Assembly: GCA_023259115.1 (NCBI GenBank)
Contig: JAHFQW010000004.1
Span: 12,768-76,767, forward strand
Direction: 5' to 3'
Origin: an archaeon
GTDB lineage: Archaea > Nanobdellota > Nanobdellia > Woesearchaeales > GW2011-AR9
Length of the DNA stretch: 64,000 nucleotides
This document shows positions 61,304 to 64,000 of this stretch, piece by piece. Numbering within the stretch: position 1 is the stretch's first letter; each line of letters starts with the position of its first letter. The notes below the pieces were generated by a model that worked only from the letters and a program-made list of their open reading frames with translations, ran no database searches and had not been told where the DNA came from. Position numbers and translations under genes: made by a program.

Positions 61304-62533
61304 TCATTCCACACCCAAAACCCCATTTGTACTCTTCGTAATCACAAAATCTAATTTACCAGACAACCGCTCATCTCGTTTTTTCAAAAATTCAGAAATC
61401 GACTCACCTACCTGATTACAATAAAACGCTTTAGCTAACACATAATTCAACGAAATCACGCTCATCCAATCACTATGGCTTTTATAATACCCCTCCGATT
61501 TTTCAGGCAACGTATCCGAAAACAATGTCTGAACCCCTGCTCTCCTCATCCTCTCTTCAGCAGATATTCCTCTCTTAGGACTCAGTAACGCATGGGTTGC
61601 ACAAATATAGACTTCAGCTTTCCTATCATCACGTAAATATTGCACCGGACCAATTTTATTATTCTCAAACTCTCCCACAAGCGTACTCCCCGAATCAATA
61701 ATATCATCAACCAAAATAACTTTTTTTCCTTTCACATCAGATGGTAAATAAAACTGATGTTCCGCCTCACTATGCCCTGTTCGATGCTTCTCAAGCACAA
61801 TATTTTGCACTCCTAACGCTTTAGCCAACGTTCGTGCCCTCTTTGCCCCACCTGCATCAGGCGAAATCACCAGCACATCAGCCCTGCCTGATGCAAAAGA
61901 ATCTTTAAACAAATCACGATAATACGCCGCAAAATCCGGAATCGCACTTAATTCATCCAGTGGCCCATTAAAATATCCCTGCTCTTGTTTTGCATGTAAA
62001 TCAAATGTCACAATCCGCTTCAACCGATGGCCAAATGCCGATTCCACATCATCATAAAACTTGCGTGCAGAAATAGACACTCGCCCATCATCCTTTTTAT
62101 CTTGGCGTTGATACGGTATAAAGGGTAAATATAACGTCACCGAACCAACTCCTGCTCGTTTCAACGCATCACCAAACTCCGTTAACTCCTCTTTACTCAA
62201 ATTTGGATCAGAAAATTTATGAAAATAATGTACATCTTTCTCTCGAACATTTTCTTGTACTTGTACAAAAATTTCTCTATCATTTTGTTGTTTACTAATT
62301 TTATTGACAAATCGTAAATTTGTCTTCTTCATTGCCTCAATAATCTCTTGTTCTTTATCAGTTGGTTCTTTAAACTCTTTATCAATACGTTCATGAATTT
62401 TCTCTTCCAATGATTCCTGAGAACCAGCATATGCCGAATTACTCAACAGCACCACTTTGCGTAAAGCGCCAAGCTTAAGAAACCTATCTAACTCTTCTAA
62501 TGCCCCAAAAGTCATACTCCAAGAATTATTCAA
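61304..62533 (-). CDS. prs: ribose-phosphate pyrophosphokinase (PRPP synthetase) family protein with an N-terminal insertion
   Basis: DVLVISPDAGGAKRARTLAKAL and the PRPP-binding KKVILVDDIIDSGSTLV motif. Confidence 0.6.
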   Translation of the reverse strand: MNNSWSMTFGALEELDRFLKLGALRKVVLLSNSAYAGSQESLEEKIHERIDKEFKEPTDKEQEIIEAMKKTNLRFVNKISKQQNDREIFVQVQENVREKDVHYFHKFSDPNLSKEELTEFGDALKRAGVGSVTLYLPFIPYQRQDKKDDGRVSISARKFYDDVESAFGHRLKRIVTFDLHAKQEQGYFNGPLDELSAIPDFAAYYRDLFKDSFASGRADVLVISPDAGGAKRARTLAKALGVQNIVLEKHRTGHSEAEHQFYLPSDVKGKKVILVDDIIDSGSTLVGEFENNKIGPVQYLRDDRKAEVYICATHALLSPKRGISAEERMRRAGVQTLFSDTLPEKSEGYYKSHSDWMSVISLNYVLAKAFYCNQVGESISEFLKKRDERLSGKLDFVITKSTNGVLGVE

Positions 62534-62677
62534 AACCTATATAATCATTTATCTTCCTAAAGACAATATATCTAAAACATCTATTTGAAAACACACATAA
62601 TTGATTCAAAAACACAATCACAACAGTTTCAGGGAATTAAACCCATTTTCATTGAATCAAACCTCTTCCTTTTCTCC

Positions 62678-62726
62678 ATAGAGGACTTTGAATAACCCAT
62701 ATATTCATCAATATTCAAAGTCTACC
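62678..62726. mobile_element. short palindromic element of variant type 1
   Basis: TAGAGGACTTTGAATAACCCATATATTCATCAATATTCAAAGTCTACC is near-identical to 7479..7524. Confidence 0.55.
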
Positions 62727-62877
62727 AAAAGACCTAATTTCTTATAATGATAGTTATGTCTTTTGTAGATACGAGAAAATAAGAAACAACTTATTTTCTG
62801 TACAGAAAACAAATCGTTTTTGTTTTCTTGTACAACGGACAGAACTATTGATATTATTATTTCTGTCCGTTGGTATC

Positions 62878-63000
62878 CTTCTTAGAGGAGTTTGACAAGT
62901 AAAAATCACTTGCCTATTTGAACACTTGAGGTGATTTTTACTCTTGAAAATGGTTTTTGCATTTTCATTGAGTTTTATAGGGTTAATCAAACTCCTCTAT
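62878..63000. mobile_element. full-length MITE-like element (~123 bp) with 13-bp terminal inverted repeats and a structured internal cargo
   Basis: The TIRs TAGAGGAGTTTGA (62883..62895) and TCAAACTCCTCTA (62987..62999) are a perfect inverted repeat. The cargo 62899..62970 contains the AAAAATCAC...GTGATTTTT hairpin. Confidence 0.7.
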
Positions 63001-64000
63001 AAAAACTCATCTCATCGGTCTTCTCATTAACATATATCTTTTCATTATCAGACACAATGCCTAACCCAAACTTCTCCCTCCACTCAGGATGCTCTTCCAA
63101 AAACCGCTTGCGCGTCAATTCTGGCATATAATCAATCGAACCTTTGCCCGATAACCCCGTCTGTGGTGTCTTCTTCAAATAATCATCCACTCCAAATTCT
63201 TTACCTGAATTAGCCAGCTCCGCAAAGCGAGGAAAATCAATCCATGTATACCAGCCATCTACTTTTTTAAACTTTTTCTTCGCAAACAACACCACACGTG
63301 ACGCAATATGTTCCGACATAATCTCATATTCAGGTAAAAACTTCGCAAATATAAGACAAAACGCCACCACTTCCTCATGCAACGCCATATTATCCTTGCT
63401 CAAACGCTGTTGTGACGGACCAACATGCATATATGATTTCACTTCAATAAAATCAGGACTCCCCATCTCAACAAGCCCAGCATACTTATCCAAATCAACA
63501 TCATTAATTCCTTTAATGAGAGTCATACGAATACACGTTCGCTGCTTCTTCTCAGATAAATACTTCAGAGATAAAAGCATCCGCTCCCAATAATCAGAAA
63601 ACAGCGGCACATCCACCTCTTTCAATAACTCTTTGGTTGGCGCATCCACACTGCAATACAACTGCGTAATCGGTTTCAGATTCTTAATATGTTCGGGATA
63701 CTGCGAATTCGTTACTAAAAACGTCGAAATCCCCTGTGCATGAAATCCATCAATGAGCTCATTCATCTTAGGATACGTAATCGGTTCCCCCGTCAACGAC
63801 AACGCCACATGCTTCACCTGTTTTGACTTCTCATAGGACGCCTTGTTCGCCCGATGCGACCCGCCAAACCCTACCAATAACTTATGATGCGCTCGCAAAC
63901 TCTCAGTTAAAATCATCTCTGGCTCATCAACCTTCCACATCCACTCTTTTGCCACAGGCGCTTTATACCCCCGCCAGCAAAACGTACATCTATTCGCACA
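62987..64000 (-). CDS. taw1: tRNA 4-demethylwyosine synthase Taw1/TYW1 (radical SAM). The 5' end continues past the window edge.
   Basis: The frame is open to position 64000, which encodes CANRCTFCWRG (CxxxCxxC). SLTGEPITYPK, ISTFLVTNSQYPE and QLYCSVDAPTKELLKEVD match TYW1. The last four codons and the stop lie inside a MITE terminal inverted repeat. Confidence 0.8.
   Translation of the reverse strand, partial: CANRCTFCWRGYKAPVAKEWMWKVDEPEMILTESLRAHHKLLVGFGGSHRANKASYEKSKQVKHVALSLTGEPITYPKMNELIDGFHAQGISTFLVTNSQYPEHIKNLKPITQLYCSVDAPTKELLKEVDVPLFSDYWERMLLSLKYLSEKKQRTCIRMTLIKGINDVDLDKYAGLVEMGSPDFIEVKSYMHVGPSQQRLSKDNMALHEEVVAFCLIFAKFLPEYEIMSEHIASRVVLFAKKKFKKVDGWYTWIDFPRFAELANSGKEFGVDDYLKKTPQTGLSGKGSIDYMPELTRKRFLEEHPEWREKFGLGIVSDNEKIYVNEKTDEMSFYRGV

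Noticed and set aside
62754-62990. 78-aa minus-strand ORF
   Set aside because: It runs through the full-length MITE and the hairpin cluster, so it is most likely spurious.

Overview
This window is an AT-rich chromosomal segment from an archaeon, probably a reduced-genome, DPANN-like lineage. The archaeal assignment rests on a split RNA polymerase (subunits B'', B', A', A'' plus rpoH), ribosomal proteins L30e, S12 and S7 with archaeal NusA, Kae1, prefoldin alpha, Lrp and TrmB regulators, and a short bacterial-type AlaRS. The core is the canonical archaeal operon rpoH-rpoB''-rpoB'-rpoA'-rpoA''-L30e-nusA-S12-S7 on the minus strand (38325..47521). It is flanked by a cluster of intron-containing tRNA genes. 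Other recognisable genes are SMC, GyrB (interrupted by an intein that carries an HNH endonuclease), Kae1, AlaRS, a degenerate MiaB-like methylthiotransferase, an aspartokinase-like protein, two VapBC pairs, FtsY (apparently fused to esterase and histidine-phosphatase domains), prefoldin alpha, a PRPP-synthetase-like protein and the start of Taw1/TYW1. About half the ORFs are hypothetical; several are secreted or lipoproteins, or occur as tandem paralogue pairs.

The non-coding space is unusually structured. (i) Four tRNA genes each carry two introns, one canonical at 37/38 and one non-canonical in the T-loop. (ii) A MITE-like family with terminal inverted repeats is present as full-length and internally deleted copies, and one copy supplies the C-terminus and stop codon of taw1. 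(iii) A second family of ~90-nt two-hairpin repeats sits in several intergenic regions. (iv) A ~45-nt conserved promoter module (putative factor site plus BRE/TATA) is shared by at least four otherwise unrelated transcription units, suggesting a regulon.

I found no CRISPR array, no rRNA gene and no identifiable defence island. The most system-like candidates are the shared-promoter regulon (a SAM methyltransferase with tandem duplicated small proteins, plus a three-gene secreted-protein operon) and the FtsY multi-domain fusion.
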